Shown here: positions 29,837 to 44,282 of the stretch, piece after piece
Position numbering within the stretch: the first letter of the stretch is position 1
Layout: every line of letters starts with the position of its first letter
Origin: the human T2T-CHM13v2.0 reference genome, Homo sapiens
Assembly (NCBI GenBank): GCA_009914755.4
Contig: CP068257.2
Span: 24,928,001-24,992,000, forward strand
Direction of reading: 5' to 3'
Length of the DNA: 64,000 nucleotides
Notes under the pieces: model-generated
Seen by the model: the letters and a program-made list of their open reading frames with translations, nothing else
Told to the model about the DNA's origin: nothing
The model's database searches: none
Program-made: the position numbers and the translations under genes

Positions 29837-30601
29837 TTTAGAGTTTTCACGGCATTGGGAACATCTCACTGGGAATAGATCTGCTTTCCAAAAACGTAAA
29901 GGCTTAGCCTACAAAATCCGAGAAAAGTTACAAACCTGTACTGTTAGGTTAACATGGGAAGTAGTAAACTTCTCTATTAAGATTCTGCCCTTTTATACTT
30001 TCTTCATTGTATTTTTTTGACTCATTTTGCATTCGTTTGAGCATTGGGAATATCCCAGTATCATCTTGGGCAGTGGGTGACTTCCATAGTGCCAGACAGC
30101 TCTACTGTCTTGGGGAGGTCTTCCGTGACACCTCAGCTCGCTGCAGTGAAGTGCTGGCTCATGCCAGCTGACTGTGTTTATCTCCTCCCAACTTTGCATT
30201 TGTCAAAGAGAAGTTGCTAACATAGATCAAGCATGGTGGGAGTAATTACACCATTGGAATTTTCCATCGCTACCAATCAGGGCTTTTATCGTCCTCCTCT
30301 CCCCCAAGCAGGTTGTTAAACATTTACCAGCATACCACTGTTCCCAATTATCTACACATTAATATACATTCTGATATATTTAAATGTGTTATGTTATAGC
30401 ATAAATGATAATAAAAAATCAAAACGTCTTTTCAAAGCAACTGCTCCAGTCTTAAAAAAATACCGCATGCTCTTAGTATATACCCAGTACATAAAAATAG
30501 TTACCCAATATAAATAGTAAATAGTTATCCAGTCCCTTACACATTGTATTTAGCTGTTGGTAATGCTGATTCACATAATGAAGGGCCTGGAAGTTCAGCT
30601 A

Positions 30602-30988
30602 TGATATGGTTAGGCTTTATGTCCCCACCCAGATCTCATCTTGAATTGTAACCCCCATAATCTCCATAATCCCCACCTGTCAAGGGAGAGACCAGGTGGA
30701 GGTAATTGAATCACGAGAGCGGTTCCCCCATGCTGTTCTCTTGATAGTGAGGGTGTTCTCACAAGATTTGATGGTTTTATAAAGGCCTTTCCCCCCTTCA
30801 CTCAGCACTTCTCCTTCCTCCTACCTTGTGAGGAAGATGCCTTGCTTCCCCTTCGCCTTCCACCACGATTGTGAGTTTCCTGAGGCTTCCCCAGCCATGC
30901 TGAACTGTGAGTCAGTTAAACCTCTTTCTTTTATAAATTACCCAGTCTCGGAGAGTTCTTTATAGCAGAATGAGAATTGATTAATACA
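30602..30988 (+). mobile_element. THE1/MST-type MaLR solo LTR with intact ends
   Basis: tgatatggttaggctttatgtccccacccagatctcatcttgaattgtaacccccataatc ... ggaggtaattgaatcacgagagcggttcccccatgctgttctcttgatagtga ... ccagccatgctgaactgtgagtcagttaaacctctttcttttataaattacccagtctcggagagttctttatagcagaatgagaattgattaataca. Perfect 5-bp target-site duplication AGCTA at 30597-30601 and 30989-30993. Confidence 0.85.
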
Positions 30989-32359
30989 AGCTATTTCTGT
31001 GTCTCCCAAGCATTCTAGCTTAAACTCTTCTTACTTACTATACTTTCTAAAGGGTCCTCTTAGGAATTTGTTGAATCATGTGTTCACTTCTGAGTGGGTT
31101 AGTACTATAAAAGAAAATTTGTTATTATTGTAAAATATTTCAGTCATAATACAAGACACAAAGGCTGTTACAATAACCTCTCATGTACTCACAGCCCAAT
31201 TTAAAGAAAATTAATGGAAAATTCCCATCTCTTAGCCCACTTCCATTTGTGCAGAGGTAACTATTATCCTCTATTTGATATTTTCATTCTTATATCGTTC
31301 TTGATACGTTTTCTACACCTGTGCTGTTATTTTTATTACTTTAAGTGTTTGAATAAATAGTATAACATTCTTTTAAATTTGCTTTTTTCCTTTGCTCAAT
31401 ATTTGTGAGAATTATCCAGGTAGATACAAGAAGCCCATGTTTAGCGATTCCAGTGCCATATCGTGTTCATTTTAAGGTTATATCACAATGTATTAATTGT
31501 TCTGTTTATAAGACATTTATGCTATTTTGACTATTTCATAAACATGCTGCTTAAGAACATTTTTGTATATGTGTTGTTATGCATGTATCTGAGAGTTTCT
31601 TAAAACATATAATTAGGGGTAGAATTACTAGAGAGTGAAGAGTGCCTCTCTAGCTTTCTTAGATATTGCCACATGTTGTCTAAAGTGATAATAATTTACC
31701 TTACATCTAGTAGAATATAAGAGTTATAGTTGCTTTATAATCTTCCTAAAATGTAGTACTGTTAGACTTAAATTTGAGCTGGTATGATGGATGTGAAATT
31801 AACAAAGTGGTTTTAAGTAAAAACACTTAATATATTATTAAACACAAAGTAGCAGGAGAATAAAAAATGGAAAAACTCAAATGTACTTCAACAATAGAAT
31901 GTATAAACAGGCAATAATGTATGCATACAATAGAATATCACTCGGCAATAAAATGAATGAAATACTGATACATGAGAAATATGGACAAATCATAAAATGG
32001 TGATAGAAATCATTGTACTGATCAGCTCTGTTATTGTGGGGAACTGCCTGACAAGGGTGCAAATGAACTTTCTGGGTTAATGTAAATGTTCTGTGTAGCT
32101 TGAAAGTTGGGAATTGTTAACAGGTGTATGTGTTTGTCAAAATTCATTAAACAGTACATTTGAAGGTATGTACATTTTACAGAATGTAAATTACACATCA
32201 ATTTTTTAACAAAAGAGTACAGGAGGAAAGTGAAATTGTGAGATCAAAGAAAAAGCATTGAATATGAACATCCACAATTTTTCTTCCCACTCCCACATTA
32301 AAAGAAAAACTCCGTTACTGTTTAATAGCTTTCAGGACTTTTTTTCTATTTGTTATTTT

Positions 32360-32678
32360 TTTTCTTTTTTTCTTTTTCTTTTTTTTTTTTTTTTTTTTGA
32401 GGTGGAGTCTTGCTCTGTCACTCAGGCTGGAGTGCAGTGGCGCAATCTTGGCTCACTGCAACCTCCGCCTCCCAGGTTCAAGTGATTCTATGCCTCAGCC
32501 TCCTGAGTAGCTGGGATTACAGGTGCCCGCCACCACACTTGGCTAATTTTTTTGTGTTTTTATTAAAGATGGGGTTTCACCATCTTGGCCAGGCTGGTCT
32601 TGAACTCCTGACTTTCTGATCCACCCGCCTCGGCCTTCCAAAGTGCTAGGATTACAGGTGTGAGCCACCACGCCCGGC
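32360..32678 (-). mobile_element. Alu SINE, full length, abutting the 3' end of the neighbouring L1
   Basis: Long interrupted poly-T followed by gaggtggagtcttgctctgtcactcaggctggagtgcagtggcgcaatcttggctcactgcaacctccgcctcc ... ccaaagtgctaggattacaggtgtgagccaccacgcccggc. Confidence 0.95.
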
Positions 32679-32679
32679 T

Positions 32680-35600
32680 TATTTGTTAATTTTTAATAAA
32701 CACATTTTTAATTTGTAATTTTTGTAGGTATGTAGTAGGTGTATATATTTATGGGGTACATGAGATATTTTGATACAGGCATGCAATGCATAATAATCAC
32801 ATCAGGGTAAGTGGAATATCCATCAGCTCAAGCATTTATTCTTTATTTGTTATACAAACAATTCAATTACAGTATTTTTTGCTATTTTAAGAATTACAAT
32901 AAATTATTGTTAACTGTAGTCATCCTGTTGTGCTATCAAATACTAGATTTTGTTCATTCTATCTATGTTTTTGTACGCATTAACGATCCTCACTTCCACC
33001 ATCCCTTCCCTCTCTGACTACCCTTCCCAGCCTATGGTAACCATCATTCTACTCTCTATCTCCATGAATTCAGTTGTTTTACTTTTTAGCTCCCACAAAT
33101 AAGTGAGAATATGTGAAGTTTCTCTTTCTGTGCCTGGCTTATTTCACTTAACATAATGACTTCCAATTCCATCTATATCGTTGCAAATGATTGGATCTCA
33201 TTTTTTATATGGCTGAATAGTACTCCATTGCATATATGTACCACATTTTCTTGATCCATTTATCTGTTGAGGGACACTTGCTCCCAAACCTTGGCTATTG
33301 TAAATAATGCTGCAATAAACATGGAATGCAGATATCTCTTCAATATACTCATTTATTTTGGGTATATACCAGCAGTGTGATTGCTGGATCTTATAGTAGC
33401 TCTATTTTTAGTCTTCTGAGGAACCTCCAAATTGTCCTCCATAGTGATTGTACTAATTTACTTTCCCATCAACAGTGTATGAGTGTTCCTTTTTCCCCAC
33501 ATCTTTGCCAGCATTTGTTATTGCCTGTCTTTTGGATAAAAACCGTTTTAACTGGGGTGAGATGATATCTTATAGTAGTTTTGATTTACATTTCTCTGAT
33601 GATCAATGATGTTGAAAACTTTTTTCATATTATTTGTTTGCCAGTTCTATGTCTTCTTTTGAGAAATGTCTATTCAGATCCTTTGCCAATTTTTAAATTG
33701 GTTTATTAGATTTTTAACTTCATATATATTCTGGTTATTAATCCCTTGTCAGATGGACAGTGTGCAAGTATTTTCTCCCATTCTGTGGGTTGTCTCTTCA
33801 TTTTGTTGATTGTTTTCTTTGCTGTACAGGAGCTTTTTAACTTGATATGATCCCATTTGTCAATTTTTGCTTTGGTTGTCTGTGCTTCTGGGGTGTCGTT
33901 CAAGAAACCTTTGCCCAGACCAATGTCCTGTTGTGTCTCCAATGTTTTATTTTAGTAGTTTCATAGTTTAAGGTCTTAAATTTAAGTCTTTAATCCATTC
34001 TGATTTGATTTTTGTATATGGTGAGAGATAGAGATCTATTTTCTTTCATCTGTATATAGGTATTCAGTTTCCCCAGCCCCATTTATTGAAGAGACTGTCC
34101 CTTGCTCAATGTATGTTCCTGGCAACTTTGTTGAAAATGAGTTCACTTTAGATGTATGGATTTGTCTCTGGGTTCTCTATTCTGTTTCATTGGTCTATGT
34201 GTCTGCTTTTATGCCAGTACCATGCTGTTTTGGTTACTATAGCTCTGTAGTATAATGTGAGGTCAGGCAATGTGGTTTCTCCAGTTTTGGTCTTTTTGCT
34301 TAGGATAGCTTTGGATATTCTGAGTATTTTGTGGTCTCATATAAATTTTAGAATTTTTTTTCTATTTCTGTGAAGAATGCCATTGGTATTTTGATAGGAA
34401 TTGCATTGAATCCATTGAATGTTTTGGGTAGTGTGAACATTTTAACAATATTGATTCTTCCAGTCCATGAATATCAATTTTTTTCATATTTTGTTGTCTT
34501 TTTTATTTCTTTGATCAATATTTTAAAGTTTTCATTGCAGATATCTTTTACTTCTTTGGTTAGGTTAATTCTTAGGTATTTAATTTTATGTGTAGCTATT
34601 ATAAGTAAGATTACTTTCTTGATTATTTTTCAAATTGTTTATTGTTGGCATATAGAAATGCTATTGATTTTAAAAAGTACTTTTTATTTCAACACTTTTA
34701 AGGTACAAGTACTTTTTGGTTACATGAATAAATTGTGTTGTGGTGAAGTCTGAGATTTTAGTGAAGCCATTACCTGAGCTACTGATTTTTGTATGTTGAT
34801 TTTCTATTCCTCGTTTTTACTGAATTTATTTATCAATTCTATTTGTTTTTTGGTGGAGTCCTACAGACAATAATTTGACCTCTTCCTTTCCAATTTGGAA
34901 GCCCTTTATTTCTTTCATTTGTCTGATTGCTCTTGCTAGAACTATGTTGAATCATAGTGGTGAAAGTAGGCATCTTAGTCTTTTTCTAGATCTTAGAGGA
35001 AAGGCTTTGAATTTTTCCCCATTCAGTATGATACTAGCAACAGGTCTGTCATTTATGGCTTTTAATGTGTTGGGGTATGTTTCTTCTATACCCAGTTTTT
35101 TGAGGGTATTTTTTGTCATGAAGTGGTGTTGAATTTTATCCAATGCTTTTTCAGCATCAATTGAAATGATCATATGGTTTTTATCTTTCATTCTATTGAT
35201 ATGATCTATCATATTAATTGATTTACAGATGTTGAATTATCCTTGGGTCCCTGGGATAAATACCACTTGGCCATGATGAATGATCTTTTAAAAGTGTTGT
35301 TGAATTTGATTTGCTAGTATTTTGTTGACGATTTTGCATCAATATTTATTAGGGATATTGACCTGTAGTTTTCTCTTTTTGATATGTCACTGTCTAGTTT
35401 TGGTATCAGGATAACACTGGACTCATAGAATATGTTTGGAAGTATTCCTGCCTCCTTTACTTTTTGGAATAGTATAAGTAGGAGTGGTATTAGTTCTTCT
35501 TTAAATTGGTAAAATTCAGCATTGAAGTCATTAAGTCCTGGGCTTTTCTTTGCTCAGAAAATTTTTATTACGTCTTCAATCTAGTCACTTGTTATTGGTC

Positions 35601-36630
35601 TGTTCAGGTTTGGGATTTAATGGTTCAATCTTGCCCTTATGGATTTTCCGATTTATTGGAATATAGTTGCTCATAGTAGCCTCTAATGATCCTTTGAATG
35701 TCTGTGACATTGGCTGTAATGTCTCCTTTTTCATATTTGATTTTATTTATTTGAGTCTTCTCTTTTTCTTAGTCTGACTAAAGGTTTGTCAATTTTCTCT
35801 ATCTTTTCAAAGAACTAACTTTTCATTTGATTAATCTTTTGTATTGCTTTCTTTATTTCAATTTCATTAATTTCTGCTCTGATCTTTATTATTTCTTTTC
35901 TCCTAATTTTGGGTTTGATTTTGCTCTTGCTTTTCTAGTTCTTTAAGATGCATTGTTAAGTTGTTTGAGGTTTTTCTACTTTTTTGATGTAGGTGTTTAT
36001 TGCTATAAACCCTCTTAGTACTGCTTTCACTGTATCCCATAGGTTTTGGTATGCTGTATTCCCAACATCATTTGTTTAAGAAATTTTTAAAATTACTCCT
36101 TAATTTCTTCATTGACCCACTGGTCGTTCAGGAGCATATTATTTAAATTTCCATGTGTTTGTATAGTTTCCAAAAATCCTCTTGTTTTTGACTTCTAGTT
36201 TTATTCCGTTGTGGTCAAAGAGGATATTTGATATGATTTCAACTTTTTTGAATTTTTTTAACATTTATTTTGTGGCCTAACATATGGTTTATTCTTGAGA
36301 ATGATCCATGTGCTGAGAAGAATGCATATTCTGTGGCTATTACATAAAATGTTCAGTAAATAACTATGAGGTCTATTTGGTCTATAGCGTAGATTAAGTC
36401 CAATGTTCCTTTATTTATTTTCTGTTTGGAAGGTCTGTCCAATGCTGAAAGTGAGGTGCTGAAGTCTCCAGTTATTATTGTATTGAGGTCTATCTCTCTC
36501 TTAACTCTAATAATATTTGCTTTATATATCTGGGTGCTCCAGTGTTGGGTGCATATATATTTCAAATTGTTATAGCCTCTTGCTGAATTAACCCCTTAAC
36601 ATTATATAATGACTTTCTTTGTCTTCTATT
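32680..36630 (-). mobile_element. L1 LINE, 5'-truncated (ORF2 from the endonuclease domain to the end, plus L1PB/L1MA-type 3'UTR), decayed
   Basis: 3'UTR reverse complement ggggtacatgagatattttgatacaggcatgcaatgcataataatcacatcagggtaagtggaatatccatcagctcaagcatttatt. Minus-strand ORFs are L1 ORF2 fragments: 36353-36565 (endonuclease ...ITGDFSTSLSALDRPSKQKINKGTLDLIYAIDQIDL...), 34952-35212 (RT ...[21 protein letters not shown]...), 33706-33942 (C-terminal ...[29 protein letters not shown]...). Confidence 0.85.
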
Positions 36631-37589
36631 ATTATTTTTAAATTATGTGTTTCCCACCACAATGGAAGCAACTGCAACAATATAGAGAGAAAGAAGTTGA
36701 GGGAGCTGGACAGAGAGAGAAGGAACATTGATAGCCACTATCTTGCTACACTGTGTAAGATTAAAAGAGAGTCTCGGATAAAGAGATTTTAACACATTTT
36801 GCTCATTGTTAAAAATACAGTTCCTCTTTAATGCTTTCCAAAAGCAGCAGTAAAGATTTAAATTGCCTCCCAATCTCTCTTGGACATTGCACCAGTGTTT
36901 CACTTAAATGTATTCTCTTTGCTGAGGTAGACCAGGAAACAGTGTTTCCTGAGGCACACTAGCATCATATGTTCAATCCTAATATATTTTTATTATCATT
37001 CTTAAGATACATCAGACAAATTTTAGCATTTTGTCTAATGTGTGACATCCTTTGGTTAATTTATTTTAATAAGTGACAGTCTGGTGAATTTATTTTAAAT
37101 GAATTATACAAGAAAAGTGATTTAAAAATAAATAAATCAGTAACAATGAAATATTTTATTTTTGAATATTAAGTAATGTGTTGTAGTAAAACATGCAAAA
37201 GTAACTTTCATTATCTGGTATGGAAAATGTTGCAATTTGTATTTTTTCATGATTTCATGTTTTGTTTCTAGATTAGACAAATAGGCATATAAAGTTATTA
37301 TTTCAATTATGCTTTGTAAATTAGCTTCAGGAGTTTAGGCAATCATTTTCAAAGAGGCAAATGTTAAATTAGAGGCATTCCATTGCTGTATTTTGTCTTT
37401 TTCACATTGATCTTCAAAGTTGAAGTATCATTTAAATGCTAGTTACGAGTTTTGATCAGCTGGATATAATAACAATTACTCTGAAATGAAATTTCAGGTT
37501 TTTGTGTGCTTCTCATTACCTGCAGTCCGAAATCATTGTTCCTTATGCTACCTGCTTTTAATGAAGGGTCCAGTATGGGTATACAGGTT

Positions 37590-37720
37590 GAACATCCCTA
37601 ATGTGAAAATCCAAAATTCAAAATTCAAAATGCTTCAAATTCTGAAACATTTTGAGTACTGAAAAGATGACGCAAGTGGAAAATTCCACACCTGCCCTCC
37701 TGTGATGGCTCACAGTGAAA
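37590..37720. repeat. Fragment of an old interspersed repeat (family with '...catccctaat(c/g)tgaaaatccaaaattcaaaatgcttcaaa...' motif), unclassified
   Basis: tgaacatccctaatgtgaaaatccaaaattcaaaattcaaaatgcttcaaattctgaaacattttgagtactgaaaagatgacgc resembles a repeat seen at many human loci. Family not recalled. Confidence 0.3.
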
Positions 37721-40700
37721 ATGTGGTCAAAGCTTTGGAGCCGGGCTCTATTGTGGCCACAACCAGCCTCTAGCAATCTGTAGTTGGAGCTGGATGGATC
37801 TTCGGAGGTGTGCCAAATACAGCGAAGGTGTCCACGCCCTCATGGCCTTACATCCACCTTTCTCTGGATGCCAGCAGGCCCTGGGAAGGGAGATGACTTC
37901 CATCAAGGATCAAGATGGCTCTCCTCAGTGGAGGGTTATCACAGGGAGGGAGGTGTGAATGGGAAAACTGGGAGTAAGAGGGAGCATTCAGCATTGAGGA
38001 AGAAGCTCCTCAGTCTAGAAGGAGAATCCCTGGGCTAAACCAGAGCATCTACTATAGAGGGGGAGGCACACTATTTAGAGGTTGAAGAAAGATGCAAAGT
38101 GTGATAAGAACGAAGGAGATGAATGAATTGGAGGTAGGTAATAATGTTACCTTTAGGAAGAAGGAAAAGTGTGGGTTAGAACCTAGGACTATTATTTATG
38201 AGACTGAAAAGAAGTTTGCTCAAATGAGATTTTATACTCAAGTCCTTATTTAATGTTGTGATGTTAATCTAAAATATGATTGTCTATGAACCTTGAATAT
38301 GATCCAATATTGAACCTGAATATGGTCCAATATATGTCAGCAATATAATTTATTATTATTTTTGAAACAAATGCCATTTTACATAAAATCTATTACTTCA
38401 GTGCAACTTTCTGCCTTTAAACCTGTTAAAAATTTCCTATTGTTGTTATCATTATCTATCTTCCTTATGTATGTTTTACTTGTGTATTGCAGGTTCTTAA
38501 TGAAAAATTTTCTTTCCCCTCTGCTCTCCTCTTGGAGGTCATAATGACAATTACATATCCTTCGTGCTCATACATAATACATGAATACTACAGAAGTAGG
38601 TTATTGAAGTATTTCACTTATCTCCTGTATCACCTTTTCATCTGATGTGTACTGAGGAGAAATTTAATATACAGATGTTCTCTTCCACTTTTAAGCACTA
38701 ATTGTAAATTTAGGTTGCATATACATGAAAGAGAGTTTAAAGAAGTTTGTTAATTTGGGGAATAAATAGTGTACTAGACCTATATTCCAGTTCTGGCTAG
38801 ATCTGTATTCCACTCCGTGCTCTGCTGTGAACTTTGTGTAGAACCTTGACCAAGCAGTTTTATATCTCTAGTCTCAGTTATTATTTGTAAAGTTCAGTTT
38901 TGCATTGTGTGATTTGTAATGATATTTTTCTGTGAAATTGAAGCTGGGCTAAGACTCTGTAGGATCCCGCATTCTTTGACTGTTGACTACATCTTACATT
39001 TTCTAATTGTTCACAATAGTTTTTTTCCAGAGACATTTTTCTTTCTTTATGAACTGTCGCTCAACATAGGTAATTTAGTATGCAACTAAATTTCACATTA
39101 AATATTACACTTTCGCTTGGTTTCATAAATTTAAATCTAGTTCAAAACTGTAGTAGGATCACTTACATATACCTCTAAACTCACATGCTATAAAATCTAA
39201 TAGTTTAATTATTTTTCATAATTGTTCAAAAACTCCTAGGAAACTTCCATTGCCACTGAAAGAAAGGAAAATTCAAATTCCCTTTCAGGCCTGTTTCTTT
39301 GTTTCCCATCCTAAGTCCCAAATGGAAGGACAGCTCACAAGGCGAGGGATCCAGACCTATGTGTGAACTGTGTGTCATCAGGACTCCTACCATCTCTCTT
39401 CTCGCTGGCTACGGGCACCAGTGCCTACTGTGGTACAACTGGCTCCTCTGGATATGTTGTGGTTTATGTTTCCTCCCCTGCTGAAGTCTGGGGCTGGTGA
39501 ATATTTTCTGTGGGTTCTACTTTATAGGTACAGACTCTGTTCTTGTCCATGGAGCGATAACTTCTGGCTGCTGTTTCCTTGTGAGGCATAATTGATGGTC
39601 TTCAGGCACTAGCTAGGCATCTCTTCCACAGCTTCTTGGCGTTTGGGATCCAGTGGAATCTTGATGGCTACTTCTACCTGGGATCTTCTGGGGACAAAAT
39701 CCCATTGCTTTGGAGTTCCAACTTATCTTTCTGTTTTTTTTTTAAATACCCATTGCATAAACCTGAACACAAACATATGAACATCTCCTGTATAGTCTCC
39801 TCCCAGCCCCCTCGCCACTCGGAGAAGTGAGTGAGGTCTCTCTCACTCCTCTTTCCATCTGAGGGACTTCTCCTGTGTCAACTCCATCCTCCAGCTTTCC
39901 AAAGTGGGATGCAACTTTCATCTTTCCTGGAGGCATGTTGATTCTCAAAATTAAGGTGCCTTGAGTTATTGAAATCACAACCTTCCCACTCCTAAAGCAT
40001 GTAATCTCAAAAGTGAAATCTGCCTGGCTGCGTCTTGTGTGATGGAGAAGGAAATGTGCCTGGCGGGCCCCTTTAAATCTGATGGGAATGGGGAGGACAT
40101 TAGGGGTTACTGCTCAGACCCACATGCCAGGTGACTCTGTGGGCTGCTAGGCCTAAGTGTGACCTACAGAAACTTCCTCAGCAGGTCCTGCAGGGCAAGC
40201 ATTTGGACCTTTTGAAGCAACAGAATCAATTTTGCTTGAACTTTCTGTAGCTGACTGCATTGCTCTGTGTTTCCTCTAGCAAATCTCAGTATGAGAATTA
40301 CTGTGAGCCCTCTAGGGCAGCATGTTTCAAACTGTGTGTTGTGACCCATTACTGATTATGAAATCCATTTAACAGGTCTGGAGCAACGTTTTAAAAAAAA
40401 TGTGAAAGAGGATAGAATAGGAAGGAAAATATCAGCTTCCATAGCCTGTAGTGAGGGCAACATTTATTGAAACTTGTTTATTTTGTTCAAGATCTTCTAA
40501 GTGTCTTGTACTGGCTTAGAAATTAAAATACATTTCTTACAGAGTCCTCAGGCCATAAATTTCAAACACTACTTCTCTAAGATATATGAGCAAAGTCATG
40601 CCTGCCTGATCAAATAACTTGTTTCCTTTGAAGGAACAGCTCTTTCCCTAGTACTTGGATCTGGAAGATGGAGACTGGGTCTGACACTAGAAGACCATAT

Positions 40701-41724
40701 TGCTCTTCATGATCTGGGTGTTATCTGACCTCCTAATCAATAAAGTAGGGCCTGACCAGCATCACTTAATCATCACACGAAAATGGCATATATGGTATTA
40801 GACAATAACCAGCCCAGAACACACAAATAATAGAAATAAGTTGTTCTCACTGCCAGTATACATCCTGATGCATAAAGTGTCACCTGCCCCATGACCCACA
40901 ACTAGAGTCACATGTGGAGTTCCATTTGATGTGTTGACTGAGGGGAAAAATAAATGGATTCCAGGAACAAATCATTCCTTTCAGAGTTCTAAAATCAGCT
41001 GTGAGTAGGTGTGCAGTGTTACATCTCCATCAGGTTACTTCTGAAGGACAGTGGACAGAGTTTGCCACTGGGTTGCCCACTTTCCTGGAGGAAGAGATAA
41101 TCTAAATAAATGTTAACATGATTTCCTTGGTTGGTTCGTTGGTCTGGGATTTGAGGAGTAGTGACAATGTTTGGGGAAGAGGTATGTGGGTGAGGCTAGA
41201 GTATGGGGTTATTTGTGAAACTTACTTCTGAAGAGACAGCTTTTAATTAATCATCAGGTGGACAAGATGACCATCTCTGTGACTATCAGTCAGCCGCATC
41301 TTCCAAAATCCAGCATTTGTGCAGTGGTTAAAGTGGCAAAGGCAGTAAAAACACATGAGTTTAACACTTCTTTTTACCAAGGCTTATCTGAACATTGGAG
41401 GCCCTATATGCCATCAGCAGAAACAAAACCTGAGACTCTGTAGGAGATTGTGTTGATTGTCCCACTCAATAGGTGTACCCTAAGAGAAGAGAGATATACA
41501 TGGAAATAAAGACCTGCCCTTTCTTGCTGCCTTTGGATGTTGTTACACCACAGCATGAAGCTCGGGGCTGGGCAGTCATTTTGCCACCTAGAGAGAAGAT
41601 CCAAGAGATTCTTAAAAAAATTGGCTTAGAGTCCCAGACTTCTCAGAGATCCTGAACTTACCAATCCAAAATTACTGTGATGTGAGAAGATAAACCTTCA
41701 TTGTTTAAACCACATCTTATTTGG

Positions 41725-42205
41725 TGTATTAGCTTTATGTGGCTGCTATAACAAATTACTGCAAACTTGGCAGCTTAAAATAGCACACATTTATTCTCTT
41801 ACTATTCTGGAGATCAGAATTCCAAAATCAGTTTCACTGGGCTGAAATCAAGGTGTCAGCAACGCTGTGCTTCCTCCAGATACTCTAGGGAAAAATCTGT
41901 TTCCTTGTCTTTTCCAGCTTCTAGAGCTGCATTTCTTGCATTCCTTGGCTTGTGGCCCTTTCCCCCATCTTCAAAGCCAGATGTGTGGCACTTTCAATAT
42001 TTTCTCTCCTTCATCACATTGCCTTCTGTGTCTGTAACTTTATCCCCTTTGAAAATTATAGTATGGGATAACCCGAATAATTCAAATAATGCCCCATGTT
42101 AAAATCCTAAACTTAATCACATCTGTAAAATCATATAAATTAGCACTCATAGCTTCTACAGATTAGAACCTGGATATCTTTGGGGGCCATTAGGAAGCCA
42201 ACCGT
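41725..42205 (+). mobile_element. MLT1-type MaLR solo LTR
   Basis: gctgctataacaaattactgcaaacttggcagcttaaaatagcacacatttattctcttactattctggagatcagaattccaaaatcagtttcactgggctgaaatcaaggtgtcagcaa ... ttccagcttctagag ... ccttggcttgtggccctttcccccatcttcaaagccag ... aatcctaaacttaatcacatctgtaaaatc ... ggatatctttgggggccattaggaagcc matches the MLT1 consensus throughout. Confidence 0.65.
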
Positions 42206-44282
42206 ATTGGATATTCTATCATCACTTGGAGGTAAAAGCTTTCTTACTAATAGTCCCTCCAATACGGAAGTATGCCTGGGGTGTGGGGGACTACCAGCAA
42301 TTTTCCAAGGCTCTAGGTTGATTCCTCTGGACTCCTTCCATCACAAAAGGAAATAATTGATCTTCCCTAACTTATCTCATCCCGGATTTGTATTTTCTTT
42401 TGCTTCCTACCATGCCATATGTACCTTCATCCTTGAATTTATTGCATGTCTAAAAGCTTTCAGCATGTGCAACATTGTGGGAGCTGACACTCACGGGATT
42501 CATTAGTATTATCACGTCCCCTGCAAGTTAGAAGCTTCTGGTCTTCCAGAATAAAGAATAACCTTATTGTCACCTAGTTATAACTCATCTAGGAGACTAT
42601 TTTTGCAGGATATAGTATGAACCAGAAGTCAATATGTGCTGTTGATTCTCCCATTGCGAGAATATATTGATTCTCAAAATAGGGAGTAGAGGTGAGGGTG
42701 TCAATTCTCATATTACGTGAAATGTGAGTTCAATCTCCCAACTCTGGGATGTTTGGGCTTAGAAATTTTAGGGACCAAGGAATAAGTAGACAAAATTTAT
42801 ACTGGCCATCACAGGCTTTTCAGCTGCTGGATAAAAATTCACCAAAGGAGAAAAAAGAAGAGAGAGCGAGAAGAATATTCCTATTAAAGAGAAATGAGAA
42901 ATAAGATTGCAATATTCATCAATATTGCTTTACTTATGGTATAATGTATATTTCTATATATTTTATGCACAACTCCCCCATCCTTGTGGTTAAAATGCAA
43001 GTTAAACTATACATTGAGGAATGCCAAAATCGAACAGCGACAGAACTAGAGAAAGACTGCAGCACCCCAGCGATTCTGCAGATGGTTCGGTTTGGTGAAA
43101 AACAATCACTCTGACACATTTTATTGAAGTTACATTTTGGTTGATAAGTTCAAAGGACAAATTTGCAGCAAAGCCTAAGATATTAAGCTGGGGGATGTTC
43201 AGTGATCGTGGCCCCTTTAATCTGTTTAGGTCTTCATTGGAGAAGATCCTGTCATAGAGTTCTGTCTGACCATAGGAAGGTTCTACCAAGTTGCAAGAAG
43301 CCCTGGTTGGGGCTTACCTAGTGGTTCATCCCTCTGCCAAGTCACATTTAAATAATTACTTCATGTGGAAGCAAACTTGCATTTACTATATCACTTCATG
43401 TGGCTCTAGCATCCAGGTTCCAGGTACAATTTCTAAGTATGCCTCTCAACATCACCCACTCCATTGTCACAAGTTGTATTATAATGACCAGGCACCTCAC
43501 ATGTGTCCTTTTACTTACAACTACATAACTACTGATGTCTCCTGGACAATGAGATCAGCGAGGGATACACTTCTACTTGAAAATATTTCACATGAACTAG
43601 ATTGAGTGGACTTCTGAAAGAATATGTGAAAGCGAATTCTCCTGAGCATATGCTACTGTGAGAACTATTTCATGCTAATGTCATTGAATATAATATTTCT
43701 GCATGTTAGCTTTAGTTCAGGAGTTCCCATCCTTTACTAAACCATGAACAGCTTTGGTTGTCGGCTGAAGCCTGTGGAGTCCTGCTCAGTATATTATTCC
43801 TAAATGTACAAAATAAAAATACATAGAATCACAAAGAACATCGATAATATTGAAATACAATTATCAAAATAATCATGTTTTTAAAAACAGTAATATACGT
43901 GCTTTTTAAGGAATATACAAAATAATAAGCTCTAGCAGTGGGCTGAAATCTGCTTTAATTTCAAGCTAGTTTTGAACATTAATGATAGTCTGTAACAACT
44001 GTAATGTGATATGAAATTGGCAGTAATTTCTTGAAAGCACAGATATTGCTAACACTTCTCTGGCTTGTTACCTATATTTTTAACTGGAAAAAATGCTAAT
44101 CTATAGAGTTAGTGGTTAATGAAAAAACAATTATATTTTTTCCATTCAAGTTCAAATATCTCTGAATTTTATAAACAAATCCCTTGTTTAAGGGACGCTA
44201 CATAAATTCTGAAGACTTTGACAGATATCTATAGGCAGTTCTTCATAAGAAGGGTACCACTATAACAAATATTACATTTTTA

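Noticed and set aside
39280-40400. Cluster of short ORFs and a possible hAT terminal inverted repeat (…gggcagcatgtttcaaactgtgtgttgtgacc…)
   Set aside because: The similarity to CAGTGTTTCTCAAACTGTG-type hAT termini is partial and I could not find the opposite terminus. The ORFs show no protein-like features
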